From positions 7,641 through 71,640 of the forward strand of contig JBBIHX010000002.1 of NCBI GenBank assembly GCA_037446815.1: a DNA stretch of 64,000 nucleotides, given 5' to 3'. The position numbers were made by a program, and so were the translations under genes. The notes under the pieces were generated by a model. The model saw only the letters and a list, made by a program, of their open reading frames with translations, was not told where the DNA came from and did no database searches. Shown here one piece after another: positions 9,663 through 19,748 of this stretch. The DNA is from Caldilineae bacterium. Lineage in GTDB: Bacteria > Chloroflexota > Anaerolineae > DTLA01. Position 1 is the first letter of the stretch. Each line of letters opens with the position of its first letter.

Positions 9663-10468
9663 GAGCATTCATCAATCACTTCGCCTTTGAATTCCGCACC
9701 GGCCTGCGCAACAAGGATCTGCTTCTGCTCAACTACCTGTTCCCCCTGGGGTTCTACCTCATGATGGGCGTGATGATGGGCCAAATCAACCCGCTGTTTG
9801 TGGAGACCATGATACCCGCCATGGCCATCTTCGCGGTCCTATCGGCCACCATACTGGGCCTGCCGAACCCCCTGGTGGAAGCGCGCGAGGGGGGTATCTT
9901 CCGCTCGTTCAAAATCAATGGCGTGCCGGCCATCTCCATCCTGAGTATCCCGGCCCTGACGACGGCCTTCCATGCGGTTATCGTGGCATTCGTCATTGCT
10001 CTCACGGGCACGCCGCTGTTCAAAGCGCCTGCCCCCGTCAACTGGTTTGCTTTCGCGCTGCTGTGCCTGTTGGCAGCGTTCACGTGCGCCGGAGTGGGTG
10101 CGCTCATCGGCGTAATCTCTGCGAACACGCGGGTTACCATCCTGTGGTCCCAACTTATCTACCTGCCCTCCATTATGCTGAGCGGGATGATGGTGCCCAC
10201 AACGATGCTGCCCGCCGCGCTCCGTAAAGTGGGCCTTTTGCTCCCGCCAACGTACGCCCTCCATGCATTTCAAGGCCTGTCGCAGGGGCAGGCGACAGAT
10301 GTCAACCCATGGGCTGCCGTGGCGATTCTGATCGCGGGAGGCCTTCTCGCCTTTGACATGGCCCTGTATCTGTTCAGTTGGGATCGGCAGAACGCGACGC
10401 GGCGGGGGCACCCGGCGATGGCGCTCATTGCGCTTGTGCCGTACATCGTGGGGGCCCTGGCGTTCTAG
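9659..10468 (+). CDS. ABC-2 family transporter permease
   Basis: A 6-TM hydrophobic protein. Its start overlaps the upstream ATPase stop by 4 nt (ATGA coupling). Confidence 0.8.
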   Translation: MRAFINHFAFEFRTGLRNKDLLLLNYLFPLGFYLMMGVMMGQINPLFVETMIPAMAIFAVLSATILGLPNPLVEAREGGIFRSFKINGVPAISILSIPALTTAFHAVIVAFVIALTGTPLFKAPAPVNWFAFALLCLLAAFTCAGVGALIGVISANTRVTILWSQLIYLPSIMLSGMMVPTTMLPAALRKVGLLLPPTYALHAFQGLSQGQATDVNPWAAVAILIAGGLLAFDMALYLFSWDRQNATRRGHPAMALIALVPYIVGALAF

Positions 10469-10650
10469 CCCAACGCGCCCCTCCCATCCGCCGCGCATCG
10501 CGTTGCCGCGTTCGCTACGGTGAGTTTCGGCCAGTCTCTTGCCATGCAGGCGCGGAGACGATCCAATCCGACGGCAAGCAACACATCATCCCGGAGCCCC
10601 CGACGCCGCCAGCCAGACCCATCGCAGCGAGGACACCGAAGGAGGCTACA

Positions 10651-11466
10651 ATGCCTGAATACCCCGACATCTACATCCTGGCCCGCAGCATGAACGAGGC
10701 CCTCGCGGGTCTGACCATCGCCGACGCGCAGGTGAATCAGCCCAAGTGCCTCAACCTGCCGCCCGATGAGTTCTGTCGGGCCATCGTCGGACGCACGTTC
10801 CGCGAGGTCAGCCAGCGGGGCAAGTGGGCGCTCGCCGCGCTTGACGGCGACCTCACCCTTGCCCTCAACCTCGGCATGGGCGGCGAAGTGCGCCTGCACG
10901 GCCCCGCCGAAACGCCCGACCCCACTCGCGAGCGCGTAGCGTTTCGCTTGTCCGACGGCCGCCAACTGTGGGTGCACTTCTGGTGGTTCGGCAACGTGCA
11001 CCTCATCCCCACAGGGCAGTTGAGTGCGCACCCCCAGATTGGCAAAATCGGCCCCGACCCGATGGCAGACGACTTCACCCCGCAGCGCCTCGCCGACATG
11101 CTCCGAGGCAGACGCGGCGCGATCAAGAAGTACCTGCTGGACCAGTCCTTTATCGCCGGCATCGGCAACGTGTACATCCAGGACATCCTCTGGAATGCGC
11201 GGCTGCACCCGCTCCGCGCTGCGAACACCCTCACGGATGCCGACGCGGAGCGCCTGCACGCCGCCATTCGCCAGGTGCTGGCCGAGGGCATCCGCTGGGG
11301 CGGAGGCCCGGGCGAGCAGGACATCTGGGGGAACAAGGGCACGTACCATGAGCACCTTCTCGTAGGCTACCGCACCGGAAAGCCCTGCCCGGCCTGTGGC
11401 GCACCGATTGAGGAACTGCGCGTCGGCTCCACCACCAGTTACATCTGCCCGCGATGCCAGACCTGA
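10651..11466 (+). CDS. Fpg/Nei family DNA glycosylase (formamidopyrimidine-DNA glycosylase-like)
   Basis: N-terminal MPEYPD (catalytic Pro2), H2TH region, C-terminal zinc finger CPACG...CPRCQ. RBS aggagg. The tool ORF starts at 10378. Confidence 0.85.
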   Translation: MPEYPDIYILARSMNEALAGLTIADAQVNQPKCLNLPPDEFCRAIVGRTFREVSQRGKWALAALDGDLTLALNLGMGGEVRLHGPAETPDPTRERVAFRLSDGRQLWVHFWWFGNVHLIPTGQLSAHPQIGKIGPDPMADDFTPQRLADMLRGRRGAIKKYLLDQSFIAGIGNVYIQDILWNARLHPLRAANTLTDADAERLHAAIRQVLAEGIRWGGGPGEQDIWGNKGTYHEHLLVGYRTGKPCPACGAPIEELRVGSTTSYICPRCQT

Positions 11467-11492
11467 TTCGGCGCAGAGCGGAGAACGATCAG

Positions 11493-12668
11493 ATGGCATT
11501 GATACTCCGAAACGCGCGCCTCATCACACCCATAGCCATCGTGGACCGCGGGACCGTCGTCATATCGCAGGATGGCCGCATCGCCTACGCCGGGCCGGCC
11601 GAGGGCGCGCCCGACTCCGCCGGCGACTCGCTGAATCTGGAAGGCTTCACCCTTACGCCGGGTTTCATAGATATCCACACCCACGGCGGCCACGGCGTAG
11701 CCTTCGGAGCCAGCGGCGATGCCCGTGGCGAACTCCGCGCGTACTCCGAGTGGGCGGCGGGCCATGGCGTTACCGCCTTCCTTTGCTCCCTCGCCGCTCC
11801 CGATGCGGATGCTCTATTCCGCCTCGTGCGCGCCTACGCCGATGCGCTGGACACGGAGTTGCCGGGCGCGCAAGCCCTGGGCATCCATCTGGAAGGGCCA
11901 TTCCTGAACCCGGCGAGGAAGGGCGCATTCCCCGCCTCATGGCTCCACGCCCCCGCCGTAGACGAGGCGGAACGCCTGCTCCGTGCGGGCAGAGGCCGCA
12001 TTCGCGTCGTAACCCTAGCCCCCGAACTCCCCGGCGCCATGGCTGTCGCGGCGGCGTTTCGGGAAGCCCGCGTTGTCGTCGCCATGGGGCACACGGATGC
12101 GGACTACCGTGCCGCCGCCGAGGCGCTGAGCGGGCCCTTCTCGCACGTAACCCACGCCTGCAATGCTATGCGTGGGTTGCACCACCGCGAGCCCGGCGCC
12201 CTGGGCGCGGTGCTTGCATCGGACCGCGTGTCTGCCGAACTCATCGCGGACGGCGTCCACGTGGACCCGGGCGCGATGCGGATACTCCTCCGCTGTCTGG
12301 GGCGCCGCCGCATCATCCTCGTAACCGATGCCGCGCCGTGGGCCGGCCTGCCCGATGGGGAGTACGAGTGGCTGGGGCAGTCGGTGCGCGTGAGCGGCGG
12401 GCGGGCGACGCTCCCAGACGGCACGCTGGCCGGAAGCACCGCAACCCTGGACGTTTGCATACGGACCGCCGCGGGGCAGATGGGCATTGGCTTCGCCGAC
12501 GCCGTGCGCATGGCGACGCTCAATCCCGCCCACGTGCTGGGCTTGCACCGACGCACGGGGCGGCTATCCGTCGGCGCGGACGCGAACCTGGTGGCGCTGG
12601 ATGCGGACGGAAATGTTGCAATGACCTTCGTACGGGGCAAGAAGGTCTACGACCGGGCGCTCACGTAG
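11493..12668 (+). CDS. nagA: N-acetylglucosamine-6-phosphate deacetylase
   Basis: Amidohydrolase motifs PGFIDIHTHGG and MGHTDA, with the typical NagA start MALILRNARLI. An alternative start is at 11454. Confidence 0.8.
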   Translation: MALILRNARLITPIAIVDRGTVVISQDGRIAYAGPAEGAPDSAGDSLNLEGFTLTPGFIDIHTHGGHGVAFGASGDARGELRAYSEWAAGHGVTAFLCSLAAPDADALFRLVRAYADALDTELPGAQALGIHLEGPFLNPARKGAFPASWLHAPAVDEAERLLRAGRGRIRVVTLAPELPGAMAVAAAFREARVVVAMGHTDADYRAAAEALSGPFSHVTHACNAMRGLHHREPGALGAVLASDRVSAELIADGVHVDPGAMRILLRCLGRRRIILVTDAAPWAGLPDGEYEWLGQSVRVSGGRATLPDGTLAGSTATLDVCIRTAAGQMGIGFADAVRMATLNPAHVLGLHRRTGRLSVGADANLVALDADGNVAMTFVRGKKVYDRALT

Positions 12669-13918
12669 GGAATCGTCATCGGCCCTTCAGGTAGGACGCA
12701 GATGGTGGCGTCCGGGCCGTAACGTTGCAACAGATGCGCCACAGTGCCCTCTACAGACTCGCAGGGGTGGAGCATAACGCTGCGCAACGCATCGGCATCC
12801 AGGTAGTCGCTCTTCACATACACATCGGCCTTCAACTGCACCTGCGCCTGAATCTGCGCTTCCCACTGATCCTGCACGGGTTCCCTAAAACCCGCGATAA
12901 TCTCCAACAACTCGCGCGGAGTCCGCGCCAGTTGCAGCAGGCGCTTGAACTCGCCGTGCTCCGGAATCCCGTCCCAGCACTCCGCCGCGACGATAATGCT
13001 CCCGCCCGGCTTCACCACCTGCATCGCCGCCGACATTCCCTTCACCGCCTGGTACAGGTTCAAGTCCAGAGGGTACCCGGAGTTGCTGGTAATCACGATG
13101 TCAAACGGCGCGGGAACCGACACCAGCGCACTCTCGGCGGCGAATCGCGTGCCGGCGGCGTGAGCCTGCAGCATGTCGCCGGCGAACACGCCCGTAATCT
13201 GCTTGTCGCGGTTCAGCGTTACGTTGAGCAGGAACGTCGGCGCCGCCATCAGCGCCACTTCCCGCATCTCCTCCCAGACGGGATTGCCCGCCATTATGCC
13301 CCACGTGGCGCGCGAGTCGCCGATCATCCGGGCGCCGTGGTTCCCTAGAACGGCCCCCGCATCGGCAATCCCGGGCAACACCGCCTTGGGCCCGCCCGAG
13401 AAGCCCGCGAAAAAGTGCGGCTCAATGAATCCTGTCAGAATGCGCACATCCGCGCGCATGTATTCGGCGTTGACCGACACCGCATGTCCGTAGGATGTGC
13501 GCCCCAGGGGCACCAAATCCGGCGCCCAGGCGTCGTGCTGGACGATGCGATAGGTGTCCACGATGTCGCGCCCCAGCATGGACACGAGTTCGTCGCGCGT
13601 GTTGGGCCGATGGGTGCCCAGCGCGTTGATGAGGACAACCTGCGCGCGCGGCACGTGGCCGATTTCCTCCAGCAAGACGGGAAGCACGCGGTCACGGGGC
13701 TGGGGCCGCGTCAGGTCGCTGAAAACGATAGCAACCGTGTCCGATGGCTTCACCAAATCCCGCAGCGGCGGGCTGCCGATGGGCGCCCGGAGCGCGGCGC
13801 GGATGGCTTCCGCCTCGTCGGGCAAGCCCGGCACATACCGCGGCTCCACCACGGTAACGTTGCGGTCGGGCAGGCTCACCCACAACCCCCGCTTGCCATA
13901 CGCCAGGCGCACCTTCAT
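12647..13918 (-). CDS. larA: LarA-family nickel-pincer-cofactor-dependent 2-hydroxyacid racemase/epimerase (lactate racemase-like)
   Basis: LarA/DUF2088 N-terminal domain with typical start MKVRLAYGKRGL; full-length ~420 aa architecture. It overlaps the upstream Fe-ADH stop by 4 nt. Confidence 0.7.
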   Translation of the reverse strand: MKVRLAYGKRGLWVSLPDRNVTVVEPRYVPGLPDEAEAIRAALRAPIGSPPLRDLVKPSDTVAIVFSDLTRPQPRDRVLPVLLEEIGHVPRAQVVLINALGTHRPNTRDELVSMLGRDIVDTYRIVQHDAWAPDLVPLGRTSYGHAVSVNAEYMRADVRILTGFIEPHFFAGFSGGPKAVLPGIADAGAVLGNHGARMIGDSRATWGIMAGNPVWEEMREVALMAAPTFLLNVTLNRDKQITGVFAGDMLQAHAAGTRFAAESALVSVPAPFDIVITSNSGYPLDLNLYQAVKGMSAAMQVVKPGGSIIVAAECWDGIPEHGEFKRLLQLARTPRELLEIIAGFREPVQDQWEAQIQAQVQLKADVYVKSDYLDADALRSVMLHPCESVEGTVAHLLQRYGPDATICVLPEGPMTIPYVSARS

Positions 13919-15189
13919 ACGCTCTCCACCAAGCGGATACGGCCCAGGTCGCCGTCGCGGGCCGCCTCCAAGATAGGCCCCATGTACTCGTCCACCATTT
14001 CCGGCGTCAGAGGCACCGGCATGTTCTCCAGTTTCATGCGCAGTTGCGGGTCTTTTGCCGCCTGCAACGCCCGCTGGATATGCGCATCCGAGAACCCGGG
14101 CACCTGGGCTAGCGCGGTGGGCAAGCCAATGCGCCGATGGAACGCCATCATCGCCTCGGCCACGGCGACGCCCAGTTCGCGCCCGTGCAGCCGATCCAGC
14201 GGCGCGGAGGTGAGCCCCGCCTCTCGGAACACGCGACCCACCACGCGCAACGGCTCCTCCACGGCGGGGGCAAAGAACACGGCGTAGTAGGGATTCATGA
14301 TGCCGCAGGCGCGTCCGTGGCTCAGGATGTCCACCAGCGAGAAACTGGTCAGATGCGCGCCGCTGGTCCCGCCCAGCATGATGGCGTAGGCGCCCAGGTC
14401 CGTGGCCAACCCCAGAGCGGTGCGCGCCTCCATGTCATCGGGCTGGCGTTGCGCCCGCTCGGTGAAGCGCACGGCCAGGTAGAACACCAAGCGCGCGATT
14501 TCCGCCACCCGCTCGTAGTTGGCCTTGCCCACCGCGCCGTACAGCACCTCCAACGCGTGGGACATGCCGTCCACTGCCCCATCCGCGGTCAACTCTGCGG
14601 ACATGGACCGCGTAACGCTGTAATCAAACACGGCGCGCGGCGGCACAATGGCCTCATCTACGATGAGCTTCTTCTGGCCGGTCCGCGTGTCGGTGATGTT
14701 GGAGTACTTCGTCAGGTGAGCGCCGGAACTGGCCGCCGTCTGCACCGCCAGCATCGGCGTCAGCGACGCCGCCTCCACATCCAGCCGCTCCGACACCCGC
14801 CCGACGCCGAAGTACTCGTCAATCGCCCCGCCCAGCGTCGCCAGCACACATGCCGCCTTCACGGCGTCCAGCGTGCTCCCGCTCCCGATGGCAACAACGG
14901 CATCCGGCGCCAGGCGGGTCAACTCGGCCGCGATGCGCGACACATCTTCGCGAGGGGCATTGGGCGCGGCGCCGACGATTTCGCCCGCCACATGCGCGCC
15001 CACGTTGGCCAGCGACTGCGCCACCTGCTGCGCGATGGCAGCGCCATGCGATCGCGGCCGCACCAGCGCCACCCGCGAACCCAACTCGGCCGCCAAGACA
15101 CCCGTCCGGCCTAGCACGCCGACGCCGAAAGCGTAGCGGTCGCCTTTGAATTCACGCAGGAGTTCCTTCGCCCGCGCAAATGCATCCAT
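13915..15189 (-). CDS. Iron-containing (group III) alcohol dehydrogenase family protein
   Basis: Fe-ADH fold motifs (GSGSTLD..K and downstream His-rich metal site), 424 aa. Confidence 0.75.
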   Translation of the reverse strand: MDAFARAKELLREFKGDRYAFGVGVLGRTGVLAAELGSRVALVRPRSHGAAIAQQVAQSLANVGAHVAGEIVGAAPNAPREDVSRIAAELTRLAPDAVVAIGSGSTLDAVKAACVLATLGGAIDEYFGVGRVSERLDVEAASLTPMLAVQTAASSGAHLTKYSNITDTRTGQKKLIVDEAIVPPRAVFDYSVTRSMSAELTADGAVDGMSHALEVLYGAVGKANYERVAEIARLVFYLAVRFTERAQRQPDDMEARTALGLATDLGAYAIMLGGTSGAHLTSFSLVDILSHGRACGIMNPYYAVFFAPAVEEPLRVVGRVFREAGLTSAPLDRLHGRELGVAVAEAMMAFHRRIGLPTALAQVPGFSDAHIQRALQAAKDPQLRMKLENMPVPLTPEMVDEYMGPILEAARDGDLGRIRLVESV

Positions 15190-15209
15190 GCTCTCACCCG
15201 TGATTGCGA

Positions 15210-15998
15210 CTACTCCGCCACCAAGCGATGGAATAACGCCTCTGCCTCGTCCGGCGTCGCGCCCTCGTGCACGATCGCCCGCAAAGCCCGCGCCATGGCC
15301 ACCGGGTGGTCATTCTGCCAGATATTGCGCCCCAAGTTGATGCCGATGGCCCCCCGCTGCATCCCGTCGTACACGAAGTCAAACACTTCGCGCTCCGTCT
15401 CGCAGCGCGGGCCGCCCGCCATGACCACCGGCACCGGGCACCCCTCAACCACCTTCTCAAAATCCCCGCACCAGTACGTCTTCACCACTCGCGCCCCCAG
15501 TTCGGCGGCAATGCGGCAACACAGGGCGAGATACCGCGCGTCGCGCTTCTCCAACTCGCGCCCCACCGCGGTAACCGCCATGACCGGAATGCCGTAGTTC
15601 TCGCAAGCGTTGACCAGATTCGCCAGGTTCATGAGCGTCTCATGCTCGTAGTCGCTGCCGACGAAGATGGACACGCCGACCGCCGCGGCGTTCAATCGGA
15701 TGATGTCCTCAATGGACGTGGTAACCCCCTCGTGGGCCAGGTCCTTGCCCACCATGCTCGTGCCGCCCGACACGCGCAGGATGATGGGCTTCGTGTTCGC
15801 AGGATCAATGCACGCGCGCAGCACACCCCGCGTAACGAAGAGCGCGTCGGCATAGGGCAGCAGAGGCTTCGCCGTTTCGCCGGGCTTCTCCAATCGCCGC
15901 GTGGGCCCCTGGAAGTACCCGTGGTCAATCGGCAGGAAAAAACAATGCCCGTCTGGCTGGATCAACTGCGCCAGCCGATTCTTCATTCCCCAGTCCAT
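15210..15998 (-). CDS. Class I aldolase of the DhnA/FbaB/LsrF family
   Basis: The 262-aa protein MDWGMKNRLAQL...VKTYWCGDF...VVMAGGP is typical of DhnA-type aldolases. RBS aggagg. The tool ORF 15210..16763 is artificially extended upstream through antisense of the next gene. Confidence 0.75.
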   Translation of the reverse strand: MDWGMKNRLAQLIQPDGHCFFLPIDHGYFQGPTRRLEKPGETAKPLLPYADALFVTRGVLRACIDPANTKPIILRVSGGTSMVGKDLAHEGVTTSIEDIIRLNAAAVGVSIFVGSDYEHETLMNLANLVNACENYGIPVMAVTAVGRELEKRDARYLALCCRIAAELGARVVKTYWCGDFEKVVEGCPVPVVMAGGPRCETEREVFDFVYDGMQRGAIGINLGRNIWQNDHPVAMARALRAIVHEGATPDEAEALFHRLVAE

Positions 15999-16142
15999 CG
16001 GAACGTCCTCCTGTTCTCCGAAATCTTCTGGGTCAAGTATAGACGGCTCGGCGATATTGCGCAACTGCTTTACAGGCGCTCGCTTATGCTGTACAATGGG
16101 GTTCGCGCGACGGATTGTGCCGCGCGGGAAAGGAGAGGCTGG

Positions 16143-16832
16143 ATGATCGCAACCCGAGGGATGGTCATCTTTCGGGCCTTGCCGACACGCAAGCCGGCAG
16201 TCCTGCACCACGACGTTGGCGCAAGCGGGCCGCAGGCACCCGACCCCGACTGGGTCGCCGATTTCCAATCCGCCCACGGGCGCGACCCCAACGAGCAGGA
16301 CTGGCAGGATCACCTCCTGTCCCTCCGCTACCCGGGCACTGGCCCCAACGGCGAGTGGTTGGAGCGCGACTGGGACGTGTACTACCGGCTTGTGGACCTG
16401 CTGGGCGGCGACCTGCTGAGCCAAATCGGCAAGCCTGGAGCGCGCGGCGCCGGCTTCTACTCCGGTGTCGGCGCGCTCCTCGCCCTGTGGAGATTGGAGC
16501 CAGGCCCCGACGGAACGCGCATCGCCTACGTCCGCAACTTCCCCGCGGGCGGCATCCCCCCAAACACCACCGGCTGGACCTGGGGCAACACGATTCTCAT
16601 CTTGGAGAGCGAGCGCAACAACCGTCCGCTCCTCATGCACGAGTACACGCACGTCCTCCAGTACCGACACAAGGGCCTCGGCTATGTCCCGGACTATCTC
16701 AAGGGCGGTTTGTACAACTGGGACAACAACCCGTATGAGATGCAGGGGGTAGAGGTGCAACAAATCTACGAGTGGAATCCCTGGCTCCCACCCATCTGGG
16801 AACTCGTGTGGGCGGGCGGGAGGTCACGGTAA
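16143..16832 (+). CDS. DUF4157-like zincin protein with an HExxH motif (LLMHEYTHVLQY)
   Basis: RBS aaggagagg precedes ATG 16143. The HEYTHVLQ motif resembles the DUF4157 HExxHxxQ signature. The tool ORF 15267..16832 is a frame run-on upstream. Confidence 0.55.
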   Translation: MIATRGMVIFRALPTRKPAVLHHDVGASGPQAPDPDWVADFQSAHGRDPNEQDWQDHLLSLRYPGTGPNGEWLERDWDVYYRLVDLLGGDLLSQIGKPGARGAGFYSGVGALLALWRLEPGPDGTRIAYVRNFPAGGIPPNTTGWTWGNTILILESERNNRPLLMHEYTHVLQYRHKGLGYVPDYLKGGLYNWDNNPYEMQGVEVQQIYEWNPWLPPIWELVWAGGRSR

Positions 16833-16833
16833 G

Positions 16834-17457
16834 ATGAGGCTGACCCGCGTCTGGACCCGTCTCGGGTTGTGGGCGGTCATCGTCGGCATGGCGTTGCTGC
16901 TCGCCGCCTGCGACACCACCTACGACCTGGTGATAGAGAACCACACCGACAGCCCGATTACCGTTGCGTTATACGACCGCGTCCTGTACGAGTTGCAGCC
17001 GTGTTCCGTGCAAATCGGGACCATCGCGGGGCCTGCAACGCCTACGGGCAAGGGGTTCCGCGTGGCCGTCCGGGGCCCTGACGGCGTCCCCATCGCCCAG
17101 GCCGACGTTCAGCCCCAGCATCTAGAAGGCTATGCCCGGCCGGTCGTCCTCATCCGAGTTCCATCGGACACAACCGACGTTTGCCCGCCGCCCGTGGAGG
17201 GCGTCTTCCTCCTGGTTGTCCGCAACTATTCCCAGAACGAGGCAACGATTTGGCTGGACGACGCGCGCCTGGGCACGGTCGCGCCGCTGGATCAGACCGC
17301 CTTCGGCCCGCTCCCCGGGACGTGGGACGACGTGAAGCGTGTCCAGATTCGCGACGCCGCCGGCAACGCCATCTCCTACAGCCTTCGCGCGGAATACCGC
17401 CTGGGCGAGATTCCGCGTTACTTCGTGGGGTTTACTGCCCCGCGCTCGCGTCCGTGA
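16834..17457 (+). CDS. Hypothetical lipoprotein
   Basis: Signal peptide with lipobox LLAAC. It starts 2 nt after the upstream stop. Confidence 0.6.
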   Translation: MRLTRVWTRLGLWAVIVGMALLLAACDTTYDLVIENHTDSPITVALYDRVLYELQPCSVQIGTIAGPATPTGKGFRVAVRGPDGVPIAQADVQPQHLEGYARPVVLIRVPSDTTDVCPPPVEGVFLLVVRNYSQNEATIWLDDARLGTVAPLDQTAFGPLPGTWDDVKRVQIRDAAGNAISYSLRAEYRLGEIPRYFVGFTAPRSRP

Positions 17458-17506
17458 GCGAGACCTTGCCCCACCGCCACCTTCAGCCATCTGAAAGGAG
17501 ACTCCA

Positions 17507-18004
17507 ATGGCCAAACCGACAAAACACGCCGGCACAATCTGCACCATCTTGGGCGTCGTCGCCCTGGTGGGCATCGTGCTTGGAATCCTGCGCTCAAGCC
17601 CGCTAATCACCGTCCTGCTGCTCATCCCGACCGCCGTGTACGAGGTGTACCGCACGGAAGGCGAATCCACCCGCTGGGCATCCTGGGTGCTCCTGCTCGT
17701 CCTCATCGCCGAGGTGGTCCTGGTGGCCGCGGGAATCCAATTTGACCTGGCCGCGTTCCTGGGCGAGGAAGAGCGCTACGTGGCGGGGTACGAGGTGCCC
17801 ATCGGCGACGTGAAGGTGGTCGGGCCGGCCATTATGGCCGTCCTGTCGCTCATTCTCATCGCGCGAACGCGCGGGCGCTACACCAAGTGGCTGGCCGGCA
17901 TCATCCTGGTAACATCCTTCGCCATCGTGTACGCCATAGACCCCACCGTCTTCGCCCGCTGGATTCGCGTGGCCCTTGACCAGGGGCTGAACCTGCTCCG
18001 ATAG
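17507..18004 (+). CDS. Hypothetical small membrane protein (4 predicted TM helices)
   Basis: Hydrophobic composition. RBS aaaggagact precedes the ATG. Confidence 0.55.
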   Translation: MAKPTKHAGTICTILGVVALVGIVLGILRSSPLITVLLLIPTAVYEVYRTEGESTRWASWVLLLVLIAEVVLVAAGIQFDLAAFLGEEERYVAGYEVPIGDVKVVGPAIMAVLSLILIARTRGRYTKWLAGIILVTSFAIVYAIDPTVFARWIRVALDQGLNLLR

Positions 18005-18060
18005 TGTGGCGGCTTTGGCCCAGGGCAGGGGACGCCCAATCGCGCCCAGCGCGAATGGAT

Positions 18061-18208
18061 TCGGTTCCAAAGTCTGTTGGTATTTGTCATTGCGAGGGCG
18101 CGGAGCGCCCGAAGCAATCTCTGGGGCGTGAGGTTGCTTCGCTTCGCTCGCAACGACACACGAGGAGAGTGTCCACGCGTTTCACCAACACAAGATGAAA
18201 CCGACTCC
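18061..18208 (+). repeat. Family-A palindromic MITE/REP-like element, copy A2
   Basis: Same termini and internal hairpins as A1. It lies immediately downstream of gene 17507..18004. Confidence 0.85.
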
Positions 18209-18222
18209 GCGAATGCGGCGAA

Positions 18223-18251
18223 TTGACATTTTCAGCCACCTGCGGTACACT
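18223..18251 (+). promoter_or_regulatory. Putative sigma70-type promoter (-35 TTGACA, 17-nt spacer, -10 TACACT) for the CpXC gene
   Basis: Consensus-like hexamers ~135 nt upstream of ATG 18386. Confidence 0.45.
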
Positions 18252-18385
18252 GACCACAGGCCTGCGGACCAGCGCAGGCCAAAATGCTGTGAACGACCGC
18301 CACGGGCGCGGTCCAGGGACGAATCCAGCCGAACCTCGGCGGGGGCCGGCCTTGCCCGTGAACTGCCCGACGAAAGGAATCAAGT

Positions 18386-19723
18386 ATGCTGAATCAAGGA
18401 ATCACCCCAGCGACCTGCAGCCGATGTGGCCACCAGTTTGGCGCAACCGCCGAACGCATCCTGGACCTGGAGAAAGACCCAACGGCGAAAACCCGCCTCC
18501 TATCCGGGCGCGTGAACGTGGCGCGGTGTCCCGCCTGTGGGGCCGAAGGTGCGCTGAACCTGCCATTCGTGTATCACGACCGATCCAAGGAGTTGCTTCT
18601 GGCCTACATGCCGCCGTCCTTTGGGGCCAACGAAACCGAACGCCAGCGCGTGCTGGGTGAACTCACCAACGCCGTGATGAACTCGCTGCCGCCCGAGCAC
18701 CGCAAGGCCTACCTCCTCCAGCCCAAGATGTTCTTCACCATGCAGAGCATGGCCGAGACCATTCTCCAGGCCGACGGCGTTACCAAGGAGATGATGGACG
18801 CCCAGCGGGCGCACGTGGACCTCATCAACGAGATGCTCCAGGCCAGAGACCCCTCGGCATTCCAGCAGGTGGTAGATGAGCACCGCGACCAGATTGACTA
18901 CGACTTCTTCCAGACGCTGGCGGCCTCCACGGAAGCAGCCCAGGCCAACGGCCAGGAACGCGTGGCCCAGGTGCTCAACTCGCTGAGCCTTTGGCTCATA
19001 CAAGAATTCGGCCTCCCCGTGGGAGAAGAGATGGCGGGTGAGGGCAGCAAGGGTCTCCTGACCCGCGAGCGACTTGTCTCGCTCCTGGAAAAAGCGGAGG
19101 AAGATGACGATTTCCGTACCCTGGTCAGCCTCGGGCGTCCGCTGATGGATTACACCTTCTTCCAGGAACTCACTGCCCAGATAGAGGCGGCCAAGGCCCT
19201 CGGCGAAGAGGGCCGGGCAAAGCGACTGGAGAACCTGCGCGCGCGAGTCGTGCAGACGGCCGAGGAGATGGAAGCCGCGTCCAAGCAGGTTATCAACCAG
19301 GCCGCATCGCTCCTCAGCGGCGCGCTCCAGGCCGACGATCCCGAAGCCTACATGCGCGAGCATCTGGGCGAGATCAGCGAGGCGTTCTTTGTCGTGTTGA
19401 GCGCGAACCTCAACGCCGCCGAGCGCGAGGGCCAGCAGCAATGGGTGGAGAAGATGGAACGCATCGGCGACATCGCCCTGCGGCTCATCCAGGAGGCGGC
19501 GCCGCCGGAGGTGCAACTGCTCAACCAACTGATGGCAGCGCCGTACCCCGACGGCACGCTCCAGGTCTTGCGGGAGAACGCGGCGCTGGTTACGTCGGAA
19601 CTCCTGGATGCCATGGCAATCATCGCCGACGACCTCGTGCGACAGGGGAACCTACCCGCCGCCGACAAGGTCAAGAAGGTGCTGGCCCAGGCCGAAACGC
19701 TCGCAGCAGACACGAAGGCGTAA
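18386..19723 (+). CDS. CpXC-domain zinc-ribbon protein with long alpha-helical C-terminal region
   Basis: N-terminal CSRCGHQF...CPACG (CxxC/CPxC), then ~380 aa helical repeats. RBS aaagga. Confidence 0.7.
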   Translation: MLNQGITPATCSRCGHQFGATAERILDLEKDPTAKTRLLSGRVNVARCPACGAEGALNLPFVYHDRSKELLLAYMPPSFGANETERQRVLGELTNAVMNSLPPEHRKAYLLQPKMFFTMQSMAETILQADGVTKEMMDAQRAHVDLINEMLQARDPSAFQQVVDEHRDQIDYDFFQTLAASTEAAQANGQERVAQVLNSLSLWLIQEFGLPVGEEMAGEGSKGLLTRERLVSLLEKAEEDDDFRTLVSLGRPLMDYTFFQELTAQIEAAKALGEEGRAKRLENLRARVVQTAEEMEAASKQVINQAASLLSGALQADDPEAYMREHLGEISEAFFVVLSANLNAAEREGQQQWVEKMERIGDIALRLIQEAAPPEVQLLNQLMAAPYPDGTLQVLRENAALVTSELLDAMAIIADDLVRQGNLPAADKVKKVLAQAETLAADTKA

Positions 19724-19748
19724 ATCCGGCGCCCTATCAAGGCGCGAC

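Noticed and set aside
15267-16142. N-terminal ~290 aa of tool ORF 15267..16832
   Set aside because: This stretch is antisense to the aldolase (which has a strong RBS and a recognisable family). Only the part from ATG 16143 onward, which has its own RBS, is accepted.
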